A stretch of DNA of 48,872 nt from Paenibacillus sp. 598K (GTDB taxonomy: Bacteria; Bacillota; Bacilli; Paenibacillales; Paenibacillaceae). The DNA lies in assembly GCF_003851045.1 (NCBI RefSeq), contig NZ_BFBX01000005.1, forward strand, positions 1 through 48,872, given 5' to 3'. Positions 8,660-17,949 of this stretch are shown piece by piece. Under the pieces are notes generated by a model. The model saw nothing but the letters and a program-made list of their open reading frames with translations. It was not told where the DNA came from and did not search any database. The position numbers and the translations under genes were made by a program. Positions within the stretch are counted from its first letter, which is position 1, and each line of letters opens with the position of its first letter.

Positions 8660-9775
8660 ATGTACAACAAGATCATCATCCAAGCCGACCAACGCGGTCT
8701 GCTGATGCATAAAGGAAGCTATGAGAAAAAGCTGATGCCAGGCACCTATCGCTATGCGCCTTGGTCGGAGCGGACCGTAGTCGTCATGAATACGTCGAAG
8801 CCATTCGTCGTCGAGGGCAAGGAGGTCCAGGTATTCCTGCAAGACAAGGCGCTGGCCAGCGAGCTCGACGTCGTCCGCGTCGCCGACCATGAGTATGTCC
8901 TGCACTACGAGGACGGCCAGTTCGCAGGGCTGCTGAAGCCTGGCGTTCATGCCTTCTGGAATGTGCTGAAGAAGCATACGTTCGTCCATGCCGATACGCG
9001 AAACCCCGAGCTGCCTGCCGAGGTGAGCCGGGCGGTCGTCGCCAAGCTGGGCGTCTACGTGCAGTCGCACGAGGTCGGCAGCGGCGAGGTCGGGTTCCTG
9101 TACTACGATCATGTGCTGCAGCGCCAGCTGTCGCCAGGCAAGTACAGCTACTGGAAGGGACCGGTGACGGTCGCGGTCCGCACGGTCGAGCTGCGCCAGC
9201 AGCAGATGGAGCTGATCGGGCAGGAGATCATGACTGAGGACAAGGTGACGCTGCGGCTTAACTTCGTCTGCCAGTACCGGATCGCAGAGCCGGAGCGCAT
9301 CCTGGAGATGAAGTCGCATGAGGAGCAGATCCACATCCTGCTGCAGCTCGCGCTGCGCGAGTATGTCGGCACGCTGCGGCTCGACGACTTGCTGAAGCGC
9401 AAGGAGGAGGCGGCATCGTTCGTCCTCTCCCGACTGCGGGAGCGGGAGGCGGAGCTGGGCATCCAGTTCCTGAATGCTGGCGTGAAGGACATCATCCTGC
9501 CCGGCGAGATGAAGGCGATCCTCAACACGGTGTTGATGGCGGAGAAAAAGGCGCAGGCCAACCTCATCACGCGCCGCGAGGAGACGGCCTCGACCCGGAG
9601 CCTGCTCAACACGGCCAAGCTGATGGACGAGAACCGCACGCTGTACCGGCTCAAGGAGCTGGAGTTCCTCGAAAAAATCTCCGAGAACATCGGCTCACTC
9701 TCGGTATCCGGCGGCGGCGATCTGCTCGAGCGGCTGACCGGGCTGCTTGGCGAGAGCCGGGGAGCGGAGCGATAG
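8660..9775 (+). CDS. SPFH/band-7 (stomatin/slipin-like) domain protein with an atypical soluble N-terminus
   Basis: SPFH core reads TEDKVTLRLNFVCQYRIAEPERI...IILPGEMKAILNTVLMAEKKAQANLITRREETA. No TM helix. The N-terminal 180 aa carry three PG-x-[YH]-x-[YF]-W repeats. Confidence 0.75.
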   Translation: MYNKIIIQADQRGLLMHKGSYEKKLMPGTYRYAPWSERTVVVMNTSKPFVVEGKEVQVFLQDKALASELDVVRVADHEYVLHYEDGQFAGLLKPGVHAFWNVLKKHTFVHADTRNPELPAEVSRAVVAKLGVYVQSHEVGSGEVGFLYYDHVLQRQLSPGKYSYWKGPVTVAVRTVELRQQQMELIGQEIMTEDKVTLRLNFVCQYRIAEPERILEMKSHEEQIHILLQLALREYVGTLRLDDLLKRKEEAASFVLSRLREREAELGIQFLNAGVKDIILPGEMKAILNTVLMAEKKAQANLITRREETASTRSLLNTAKLMDENRTLYRLKELEFLEKISENIGSLSVSGGGDLLERLTGLLGESRGAER

Positions 9776-9955
9776 CCATTGAAGCGTCTGTGGGAGGACG
9801 AGAAGACGAAGATGCAGAAGGTGCGGAGGGCTGGACATAAAGGGCCCGAAGGGGGCGGGCTTCCCAGGTGAAACCGCTGGGCAACTGACCGCCTCTTCGG
9901 AGCAGCGTCGGATGAGCGAAATAGAGGAACAAAGGCGCACTGGAGGGGGATAGGT

Positions 9956-10783
9956 ATGAAGAAGAGTGAACAAGAGGAGCGGGAAGCGAGCGTAATCCAG
10001 GTAGATCGGCATGCGGACATCGTTGCGGCGCTGGAGCGTATCGAGCGCGAGGAACGAGTCCGCATTCTGTACGCCTGCGAGTCGGGCAGTCGCGCCTGGG
10101 GCTTCCCGTCGAAGGACAGCGACTACGACGTCCGTTTTCTCTATGTACGGCGCCCCGACGACTATCTGTCGATTTTCGAGCGGCGCGATGTGATCGAGCA
10201 GCCGATCAGCGAGCTGCTGGACATCAACGGCTGGGACCTGCGCAAGGCGCTGCTGCTGTTCCGCAAGTCGAACCCGCCCTTGCTCGAATGGCTGCAATCG
10301 CCGATTATCTATCGTGAGAACGGGGCGGTTGCCGATCAGATTCGAGCGCTGGCTGCGGGCGCCTTCTCCGCTCGCGCCTGCACGTACCACTACCTGCACA
10401 TGGCTCGGGGCAACTACCGCGAGTATTTGCAGTGCGAGCGCGTCAAGATCAAAAAATACTTCTACGTCCTGCGCCCGATCCTGGCCTGCGAATGGATCGA
10501 TCGCTACCGGACAATGCCGCCGCTCGCCTTCGAAGCGCTGGTCGAGGCGATGGTACCGCAAGGCAGCGAACTGAGACGCACGATAGACGAGCTGCTGGCG
10601 CGCAAGAAGGCCGGAGACGAGCTGGACATTGAGCCGCGGATCGCAGTGTTGAATGACTATCTCGATGAGCAGTTGGCCCTGTATGATCAGCGGGCGGCGG
10701 AGCTGCCGACCTCAGGCGAGGGAGTGGACGAACGGCTGGATGCCTTGTTCCGATCGGCGCTGCGAGAAGCTTGGGAGAGCTAG
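9956..10783 (+). CDS. Pol-beta-superfamily nucleotidyltransferase (RlaP/YcgL-like, PF10127-type)
   Basis: The motif GSRAWGFPSKDSDYDVRFLYV is the nucleotidyltransferase hG[GS]...D.D active-site region. The C-terminus is helical. Assigned from memory of B. subtilis YcgL-like proteins. Confidence 0.65.
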   Translation: MKKSEQEEREASVIQVDRHADIVAALERIEREERVRILYACESGSRAWGFPSKDSDYDVRFLYVRRPDDYLSIFERRDVIEQPISELLDINGWDLRKALLLFRKSNPPLLEWLQSPIIYRENGAVADQIRALAAGAFSARACTYHYLHMARGNYREYLQCERVKIKKYFYVLRPILACEWIDRYRTMPPLAFEALVEAMVPQGSELRRTIDELLARKKAGDELDIEPRIAVLNDYLDEQLALYDQRAAELPTSGEGVDERLDALFRSALREAWES

Positions 10784-11388
10784 AGGTGACTTGGCAGACC
10801 GTGCTGATACATTGTAAGACTATTCGTATGCTGGCGCAGTACTGCGATCGTCTGTGGGTGGGGCTGTGCGTAGATGGTCGGATAGTCGAATTCGCCGTAC
10901 GCCTCCCTGATCGGAAATGCGAGACGTTCCTCGGTTAACGAGAATTCGGCACAGATGCCGGGCTTGTTGCCGCGCGCGTCCAGACGTATCCATTTGTTTA
11001 GGGAAGCGATATAGACAGCATTCAGGGCATGGATGCAGTAGCCGGTGTCCGGCTCATCTCCAAGCGTCAGCCGCTGATAGCAGAACCCGGCGGGGATCGC
11101 AGCTCTCCTCAGGATGGCGCAGAGCAGGTTGGACTTGGCATAGCAGATGCCTTCTCCGAACTCCAGCACCTCCGAAGCCGCGCATGTTACCCGAGTGCTC
11201 TGGATATCCCAGGCATGAGAGATGTTATCGCGGACCCATTCATAGGCGTGACGGATATATTCCTCCTGGCTCCGGGAGGCGGTCGTCAGCCTTTCGACCA
11301 GCTCGCCGATCCGAGGGTCGCTGTAGTCGACCTCCGTCGTTTCTTCCAGATAGTCCTGCAGATTGTCAGACTCGCAGATGAGTTGCAT
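10780..11388 (-). CDS. Transglutaminase-like cysteine-peptidase superfamily protein (202 aa). Start placed at the internal ATG 11388 with an AAAGGAG RBS.
   Basis: GEGICYAKSNLLCAILRRAAIPAGFCYQRL...H...D is a transglutaminase-like core. The longer ORF in the track (to 11535) runs through the tandem repeats and lacks an RBS. Confidence 0.65.
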   Translation of the reverse strand: MQLICESDNLQDYLEETTEVDYSDPRIGELVERLTTASRSQEEYIRHAYEWVRDNISHAWDIQSTRVTCAASEVLEFGEGICYAKSNLLCAILRRAAIPAGFCYQRLTLGDEPDTGYCIHALNAVYIASLNKWIRLDARGNKPGICAEFSLTEERLAFPIREAYGEFDYPTIYAQPHPQTIAVLRQHTNSLTMYQHGLPSHL

Positions 11389-11492
11389 AGGTGAGGCTCC
11401 TTTCGTGGATTGAGATTGAATTAATATACTATAAAACGAATTTTTATTCAATTCTAGATCGGCGACTCCATCTCCAACCTGTAATACCGCCC

Positions 11493-11648
11493 GGCGCGCC
11501 ACTGTAACTCTAGTTTGTAGAGTTATTCGGTCCACGGCCCGCCTGGCGCGCCACTGTAACTCTAGTTTGTAGAGTTAATCGGTCCACGGCCCGCCCGACG
11601 CGCCGCTGCAACTCTAGTTTGTAGAGTTATTCGGCCCACGGCCCGCTC
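11493..11648. repeat. 3 tandem copies of a ~52-bp unit, each containing the palindrome TAACTCTA-gtttg-TAGAGTTA
   Basis: Direct reading gives GGCGCGCCACTGTAACTCTAGTTTGTAGAGTTATTCGGTCCACGGCCCGCC x3 with a few substitutions. The array lies upstream of the AT-rich promoter region of the 10780..11388 gene. Confidence 0.85.
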
Positions 11649-11695
11649 GCTCGCACCAATAGCGCGCTCGATCGATGGGTGGCGATCGAAAAAGA

Positions 11696-11721
11696 ACCGC
11701 AACGCCAATTGGCGTTGCGGT
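11696..11721 (-). terminator. Rho-independent terminator for the methyltransferase gene
   Basis: Perfect hairpin CCGCAACGCCAATTGGCGTTGCGG. On the minus strand it is followed by TTCTTTTTC. Confidence 0.6.
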
Positions 11722-11742
11722 CCTGACTTGAAATATAAGTTC

Positions 11743-12492
11743 CTACCGTTTCGCGATAATACCGAAACGGTCTGCGGTAGTGCGGATGCCGCGGTTGGTG
11801 CGATGCGTCTCGATGTAGCGCTCGAGTATCCGCAGGTCGTCCGTTTCGCGGCCGAAGTCTGGGATGATCGGTGTATGCGTCAGCAGGAAGATCAGATCGT
11901 CGACGGTCTCATAATACTCCGTGACCGTGTAGTCGAACGCACGGATATCCCGGAAGCCCGCTGCCTCCAGCTCGGCGCAGCATCGCGCCTGGAGGGCGCC
12001 GGGCTGCTCGCCCCAGCTCTGGCCGCGTCCGAACGCTTCCTTGAGCTGGTGCTTGTCGCCTTCGCCGACCTGCTGCGTCACGAAGACGCCGTCGGCTGTC
12101 AGCACGCGGGCGATCTCCTCCGCATGCCACTCGGAATGGCGGGAGGAGACGAGGTCGAACAGGCCGTCCGGGAAGACGAGCCGCTCCGCCTCCATCTGCA
12201 GGAAGCGCGCGTGCGCGTGACCAGCGCGGGCGGCGTTGCGCTTCGCCGTCTCGATCATCTCGGACGAGCGGTCGATGCCGATGAGCAGACGCACCGTCCC
12301 GGCGATCGAGAGCGCTGCCTCGCCGCCGCCGGTGCCGATGTCCAGCAGTAGTGATGCAGGCGTAGCGTGCGCGGCCACTTCGTGGTACATCTCCCAGGGC
12401 GCGCCTTCGGTTACGCACTTCACTCGGCTGAAGTCCCAGCCGTTCGTGCGGCCGATCGCATTATAGAAGGTTTTGTAGTCAAAGTTGTTCAT
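11743..12492 (-). CDS. Class I SAM-dependent methyltransferase
   Basis: Motif I reads LLDIGTGGGEAALSIA, with acidic motif II and FDLVSS downstream. GAAAGGTG RBS. Confidence 0.85.
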   Translation of the reverse strand: MNNFDYKTFYNAIGRTNGWDFSRVKCVTEGAPWEMYHEVAAHATPASLLLDIGTGGGEAALSIAGTVRLLIGIDRSSEMIETAKRNAARAGHAHARFLQMEAERLVFPDGLFDLVSSRHSEWHAEEIARVLTADGVFVTQQVGEGDKHQLKEAFGRGQSWGEQPGALQARCCAELEAAGFRDIRAFDYTVTEYYETVDDLIFLLTHTPIIPDFGRETDDLRILERYIETHRTNRGIRTTADRFGIIAKR

Positions 12493-12723
12493 AGGATATC
12501 ACCTTTCCCGTGTTAGAGGTAGCAGACTAGACTGTGCTGTCGCAAATAGCTTACAATTCGTATAAGGGAAAAAGAGCAGACGTTCCCCTTGGTGGCGGGC
12601 ACGCTTTTTTTTGGAGCTTCAAGCGTAAGCCCAGCCCGAACTAGCTACTTCGAACAAAACGGTGTAACACACCTGTCACCTCGGCGGAAAGATTAGCATC
12701 AGTATAGTCCAAACCATCGCGGA

Positions 12724-14076
12724 GTGACAAGATCACAAGGGAAAGGCGGGCGTATCGTGGATGTCGTAAGCCAGTTGAGGATATTGAAGCAAATCTATAG
12801 CGAGAGCACAACATGGGATGAGGAGATGGGGGTGTCGGTGCATCGAATACCGTCAACCGTCACAGCACAGGAGCTGCAGGCGCTGGAGCAGGCGGGGCAT
12901 GCGCCGAACAACTGGGTCTATCCTGCGCATGACGAGACGTTGGCCGAGCTGAAGCGGCTCGTCGAGCGGTGGACGCTCGCCGAGGCTGCGGATGCCTTCG
13001 TCGCCTCACTCTGGTCGGCGCCGATGATCTGGCGCGCGCTGCTGCCGGGCAAGCTGCTGGCGGAGGCGATGCCTGAGCATGCGTACGAGCCGTATCCAAG
13101 CTCAGCCACCTGCCAAATCTGCGGCTTGGCGGACGGGGGTGGCGTCGACGCCAGTCTTCAGTGGTACTTCCGCATGATCGAGTCGACGCCGCTCGACGGC
13201 AACCCGCACGGGTACGTGCTGGCGCTGCGCGAGCTGGCGGCTGCCGGTCAGGTGCCGCAGCCGACAGCGTCGGACCGCTATGCGCTGCGTCGCCTGCTGA
13301 CGATACTGAGAGAGCTGCCGCCCAAGACGCGTTATAGCAAGATCGATCCGCTCCTCAAGAAGGAAGCGCTGCTGCCCGTACGCGACAAATATCCCTATCG
13401 CGGCCTGCTCGAGACGCTTGGTCTGATCGGCGTCCTCGACACGGAGGCGTACCCGGGACTGGCGACGACCTTCCTGCCGTACCGCAAGCGGGACGAACGT
13501 CCCAATACGAGGGTGGAAATCCAGGCCCCGCTCGCATGGTGGGACTCCTCGGTCGGCATCAATGAGCGTACGCTGGCACAGTTGTTCGGGGCCTACGACT
13601 TGACCGAGGTCTCGGCGTCGGACAAGCCCGAGCCCGTCCCCGCGCTGGCAGAGACGGTGACCGGAGCGCTGGCCAGCAGGAAGGCGCCGCGCGCCGCTAC
13701 GCCCAAGGCATCCCCGGACGCAGGCAAGGGGCCGGTGGAGGCGGGGGATGTGTATGCGGTGCGCATCCGCGAGGGCGCATGGGTGACCGTCTACTGCCAT
13801 GAAGTCAAGGACAATCGGGCCCGCGTCGAATACATGGACGGCATCTATGCAGATATGCCGTCCAAGGCAGAGCTGAGCCAGACATTCCGTCCGCGACGAG
13901 ACGGCAGATGGCAGTGCCGCTCGGCGTCGATCGACTCGACGAGTTGGGTCCGGCGTATCGCTCGAGGGATCGCTTGTCCGCAGTCAGAGCTGCCGGAGCC
14001 GGATCGCTTCCCCTTCCATGGCGCCAAGGATTTGGCGCATATGGCCAACTGGTGCTTTCCCGAGTTGAAATCCTGA
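12724..14076 (+). CDS. Hypothetical protein (about 440-450 aa). The start is ambiguous: GTG at 12724 or GTG at 12757.
   Basis: Long ORF with coding-like composition and no recognisable motif. Contains CQICGLADGGG. Confidence 0.5.
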   Translation: MTRSQGKGGRIVDVVSQLRILKQIYSESTTWDEEMGVSVHRIPSTVTAQELQALEQAGHAPNNWVYPAHDETLAELKRLVERWTLAEAADAFVASLWSAPMIWRALLPGKLLAEAMPEHAYEPYPSSATCQICGLADGGGVDASLQWYFRMIESTPLDGNPHGYVLALRELAAAGQVPQPTASDRYALRRLLTILRELPPKTRYSKIDPLLKKEALLPVRDKYPYRGLLETLGLIGVLDTEAYPGLATTFLPYRKRDERPNTRVEIQAPLAWWDSSVGINERTLAQLFGAYDLTEVSASDKPEPVPALAETVTGALASRKAPRAATPKASPDAGKGPVEAGDVYAVRIREGAWVTVYCHEVKDNRARVEYMDGIYADMPSKAELSQTFRPRRDGRWQCRSASIDSTSWVRRIARGIACPQSELPEPDRFPFHGAKDLAHMANWCFPELKS

Positions 14077-14079
14077 GGC

Positions 14080-15102
14080 TTAGGCCAGAATAGCCGCCTT
14101 CTTCTCATCGATCTCCCAGGCCAGCGTTTCGCCAGCCAGGTACCGGCTTAGCTCATCGGCCATATACATGCCCATCCGGGCAATCTCGTTGCCCATGCTG
14201 CCCGCGATATGAGGCGTCAGCACGACATTAGGCATCGTGTACAGCGGCGAGTCGTCGACCGGAGGTTCGGGGTAGGTCACATCGAGGATCGCAAATAAGT
14301 CGGGGCGCTCTTGCAGCGCCTCGATCATCTCCGGCTCGCGGATGATCGCGCCGCGTGCCGTGTTCAGGAACGTGGCCCCAGGCTTCATGCGGCGGAAATG
14401 CTCTCCGGTTATCATACCCACCGTCTCGTCCAGCCAGGGCGCATGGAGGGATACGACGTCGGAGCGTTCGAACAGCTCGTCGAGCGAGCACAGCTGCACG
14501 CCCAGGGCCTCGGCCTGTTCGCGAGTCGCGAACGGATCGTAGGTGATGACGTTCATATCGTAAGCCTGGAGCCGCTGGCACACTTGCCGGGCGATCATGC
14601 CCAGCGAGATCAGGCCAACGGTGCTGCCAAAGGTGCCTACGACAGGGACATCCGGCTGCGCAGAGCGGTTCGTATTGCGGCCCTGATAGGCGCGGGACAG
14701 CCGCCAGCCGTTCTTGAGCGCAAAGACGATCTGCGACACGGTGTACTCCGCGACAGGAATCGCGTTGGCTGCGTAGGCGCTGGTCAAGCGGATGCCGCGT
14801 TTCCAGAACGCCTCCGTGACCATGCCTTTGACCGAGCCTGCGCCATAGAACACCATTTTCAGATGTGGAGCCGCTTTCAAAAATGCCTCATCCAGCTTGG
14901 GCGCACCCCAGCCCGAAAACAACACCTCCACATCCTCCAGCACATCCAGTGATTCCGCGATCGATTCAGGCGTATAGGCTTGGGGAATCATGTGCACCCG
15001 CTGCTCTATCTTTTGGCGAACGCGCTCGGGGTAAATACTGGGGTATGCTTCCTCACTCAGAATATAGATTCCTTTATGCACGATAAGTCCTCCCGCTTCC
15101 AT
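14080..15102 (-). CDS. D-isomer-specific 2-hydroxyacid dehydrogenase family protein (NAD-binding)
   Basis: GTFGSTVGLISLGMIARQV is the GxGxxG Rossmann motif, and ...LTPHIAGSM is the catalytic His region. Start set at the internal ATG 15102 (MEAGGLIVHKG...). The track's 77-aa N-terminal extension is Arg-rich non-coding-like sequence. Confidence 0.85.
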   Translation of the reverse strand: MEAGGLIVHKGIYILSEEAYPSIYPERVRQKIEQRVHMIPQAYTPESIAESLDVLEDVEVLFSGWGAPKLDEAFLKAAPHLKMVFYGAGSVKGMVTEAFWKRGIRLTSAYAANAIPVAEYTVSQIVFALKNGWRLSRAYQGRNTNRSAQPDVPVVGTFGSTVGLISLGMIARQVCQRLQAYDMNVITYDPFATREQAEALGVQLCSLDELFERSDVVSLHAPWLDETVGMITGEHFRRMKPGATFLNTARGAIIREPEMIEALQERPDLFAILDVTYPEPPVDDSPLYTMPNVVLTPHIAGSMGNEIARMGMYMADELSRYLAGETLAWEIDEKKAAILA

Positions 15103-15244
15103 GAAGTCATGTCCATCCCGCCTATTATATAACGAACTGAACCCGGCCGTCAGTATCATAAAGCGAGAAGGCTCACGCACATCAAAATGTAAAAGCTCCC
15201 GCACGGGGAGCTTATGAGATTTATGGTAAAGCCCTCTTTTCTTC

Positions 15245-17512
15245 TTAGCCCTCGCCCCCCGAGAACAGCTTGCGGTATTGGATCGGCGTATGGCCGGTCT
15301 CCTTTTTGAAGCGGCGAATGAAGCTTGGCGCATCGTGATAGCCGACGCGCTGGATGATATCCTTGAGCGGATCGCTTGTTGTGGTCAAGTCGGTGATGAC
15401 GGCGGCCATCCGCTTCTTCCAGATGTACTGAACGAAGTTGATGCCGACCGTCTCCTTGAACGAACGGCTGAAGTAGGACATCGAGATCGAATACTTGTAC
15501 GAGATCTCCTCCAGGCTGAGCGTATGGTCCATATAGTGTTCGTCGATATACGTGATGATCTGGTCCATCAGGGAGTGCGCTTCCTTCTCTTCCTTCCACT
15601 CTACCTGGTCGCACACATGGCCGACCAGCTGCAGGCAATGCCGGTACAGCTCATCCAGCGAGGCGAAGCTGTCCGGCGCGGGCAGCTTGGCTCCGACATG
15701 GGCGACGCCGGCCTCCAGCGCGGTTTTGACGATTGTGTTGATCAGGTCCAGACTCATGTAGCGGACGAACTTGACCGACAACCCGGGCTGCTGCAAATAA
15801 TCGACTGCCTCGCGCACCGTCTGCTCCGCGACCTCCCGATTGCCTAGCTTCAGACTCTGATCGAGCGTCAGCAGCACGTTTTTGGGCAGCCAGCACGCCT
15901 CGTCGCCGGAGGCCGACAGCTTGCTGAAGTACGAGATCGTGCCGCCCGGAGCGAGCCGCGTCTCGTAAGCCGAGCAAGCCTCGATGAACGACTGGTTGAG
16001 TCGATCCGGCGAGTCGTAGCAAGCGCCGACGCCGATAACGGGATGGAGCTGGTAGATGTCGTGCAGATGATCGTGCGCCGCCTGGACGATGCCGTGCAGC
16101 TGGCGCTGCTCCTCCATCCCCGGCAGCGCGTTGAAGCTGGCGATCAGCGCGATCTGATCGGGTCGGGGCAGCTCCACGCTATAGATACGCGCCTCGTACT
16201 CCGGGAATTCCACCTCGAACAGCAGCTGCTGCATGGTCTGCCATTCGATCGCAGGCTCGGGCGCAGCGTCGCCGTCCTTGCGCCCGATCAGCATGACGAA
16301 GTGGCGGCTGCGCTCGAAGCTCAGGTCGAGCGTCTGCAGCAGCTTGGCCGGCAGCCGACTGACGTTGCCGTGACGCAATAGCATGAGCAGCAGATGGTTG
16401 CGAGCGTACGGCTCCTGCAGATCGACGCGATCGCCGTACTCCTCCAGCGCCGAGCGGATGCGCTCCAGCTCATTGCCCGGTGCGGGGGCATCCGAGGTCG
16501 GCTGCTCTGCTTTGAACCGGGTATTGGCGTATTCGAGCAAGCTGAAGATCGGATGATACTGACGACGCGCGAGCAGCAGGGCAAAGACGCCCCCGAGCAC
16601 GACGACCGCCGAGAAGAGCAGGATGATGACGCTGCGGATGTGCAGCACATTGCCGAAAAACTGAGCGCTCGGCATCAGCGTCACATATTGCCAGCCGTTC
16701 TGACTCGAGCGGACCGAGACGACCGAATGATCGACGCCGCTCAGCTTCAGATTATGGATGCCGGGCGTAAGCCCCACCAGCCCTTGCAGCTCGTCGGCGG
16801 TCAGCGGCGCCTCCCGATTGCTCTTGGACGCCAGGATCTGGCCCTCCGGACTGACGATGTAGGAGGAGCCCTGGTAGTTGCCAAGGATCGTATCGATGAG
16901 CCCGGTCAGCTCGGACTCCCGGATGACGTACATCAGGGTGCCGTGCGGGGTCGGGCTGTTCGGCGTGATCGGCATCAGATAGGCCAGCATCGATTGGTCG
17001 AAGCCTGGTTTGCGGTTGAACAGGTCGGCCGGACGCATCGTCGCATGCTGCAGCCCATTGAGATCGCCTACGATCGCATCGGCGCTCCAGTTGCGGAATT
17101 TGAACGTCTCGGCGAACACCTCCAGACTGTTCATGCCCTCCGTCGAGAAGATCTTCGTATCGCCGCGATAATACAGATACATCTCCTCGATGATTGGACT
17201 GGTCGCCTTGTACAGCTTCAGCGCCTCATTGGCATCGAGGACGAAGTACGGGTCGTTCACCCGATAACGTGCCAGCCGCTCGTCATAAGCCGCATAGGAG
17301 GAGATGTTGCCGAGCTGCTTCATATGACTATTGACGATCGTCTCGGCCTGCGTCAGCTGATTCAGATGCGACTGCTCGATCTCGGCGCGCAGATTGGTCA
17401 CGGCGTTGCGATAGATGAGCAATGTTAGACAGATGAGAGGTATGAGCAAGATGAGCAGATAAGATGACATATATCGCAGGAAGAGCCTGGATTTGAAATA
17501 GTTCAGCTTCAT
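15245..17512 (-). CDS. Membrane-anchored AraC-family regulator (two TM helices flanking an extracytoplasmic sensor domain, C-terminal AraC HTH), 755 aa
   Basis: TM helices near the N-terminus and around residue 290. C-terminal ...EEISYKYSISMSYFSRSFKETVGINFVQYIWKKRMAAVITDL...IIQRVGYHDAPSFIRRFKKETGHTPIQYRK. GGGGGT RBS. Divergent from the lplBCA-like operon. Confidence 0.85.
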   Translation of the reverse strand: MKLNYFKSRLFLRYMSSYLLILLIPLICLTLLIYRNAVTNLRAEIEQSHLNQLTQAETIVNSHMKQLGNISSYAAYDERLARYRVNDPYFVLDANEALKLYKATSPIIEEMYLYYRGDTKIFSTEGMNSLEVFAETFKFRNWSADAIVGDLNGLQHATMRPADLFNRKPGFDQSMLAYLMPITPNSPTPHGTLMYVIRESELTGLIDTILGNYQGSSYIVSPEGQILASKSNREAPLTADELQGLVGLTPGIHNLKLSGVDHSVVSVRSSQNGWQYVTLMPSAQFFGNVLHIRSVIILLFSAVVVLGGVFALLLARRQYHPIFSLLEYANTRFKAEQPTSDAPAPGNELERIRSALEEYGDRVDLQEPYARNHLLLMLLRHGNVSRLPAKLLQTLDLSFERSRHFVMLIGRKDGDAAPEPAIEWQTMQQLLFEVEFPEYEARIYSVELPRPDQIALIASFNALPGMEEQRQLHGIVQAAHDHLHDIYQLHPVIGVGACYDSPDRLNQSFIEACSAYETRLAPGGTISYFSKLSASGDEACWLPKNVLLTLDQSLKLGNREVAEQTVREAVDYLQQPGLSVKFVRYMSLDLINTIVKTALEAGVAHVGAKLPAPDSFASLDELYRHCLQLVGHVCDQVEWKEEKEAHSLMDQIITYIDEHYMDHTLSLEEISYKYSISMSYFSRSFKETVGINFVQYIWKKRMAAVITDLTTTSDPLKDIIQRVGYHDAPSFIRRFKKETGHTPIQYRKLFSGGEG

Positions 17513-17949
17513 ACTTACCCCCTGGAGTTTGCAATAATTTTCAATGTATGCGTTTTAGAAGATATGTGGTTTATGACCCTAACCGTACACTATTTTCCTT
17601 GAAATGAGAAGCTTCGCCGATATGCCTTTTTTTACTTTGCCTCCTCCAGCCCCATTCTGTCAAGTCAAGCAAGCCCAGTCGCGCCAGCGATGAAGGCGCT
17701 ATCTTGAGCTGTTTTCTCCAACCATGCCAGATCCTTATACCCCCATTCCCTGGTCAAAAAAAACATAGTCCGCATGACAACCCGCCGCTGGCCGATGTCT
17801 TGTGTCCGCGAAATCGTAAGGTAATCTAACATATCCGACCATGCCAGAATCCCCGTCTTTAGCGACCTGAGCCAAAATGACATGTTTACCGTCCGCTCCC
17901 CCTTTTATAGACTGTGGGTAATCACCAAGAGGGGAAAGGAGAGGGTCCT

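Noticed and set aside
10780-11535. 251-aa version of the transglutaminase-like ORF
   Set aside because: The upstream 49 codons run through the 52-bp tandem repeats and the AT-rich promoter. A strong AAAGGAG RBS precedes the internal ATG at 11388.
12560-12640. GC-rich segment followed by TTTTTTTT (~12590-12625) as a terminator
   Set aside because: No convincing stem could be paired and no upstream plus-strand gene requires it. It is probably promoter-region sequence for the divergent methyltransferase and hypothetical genes.
14080-15333. Long N-terminal extension of the hydroxyacid dehydrogenase (start at 15333)
   Set aside because: The extension is Arg/Lys-rich with no homology-like pattern. 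The conserved N-terminus (IVHKGIYIL...) begins at the ATG at 15102.
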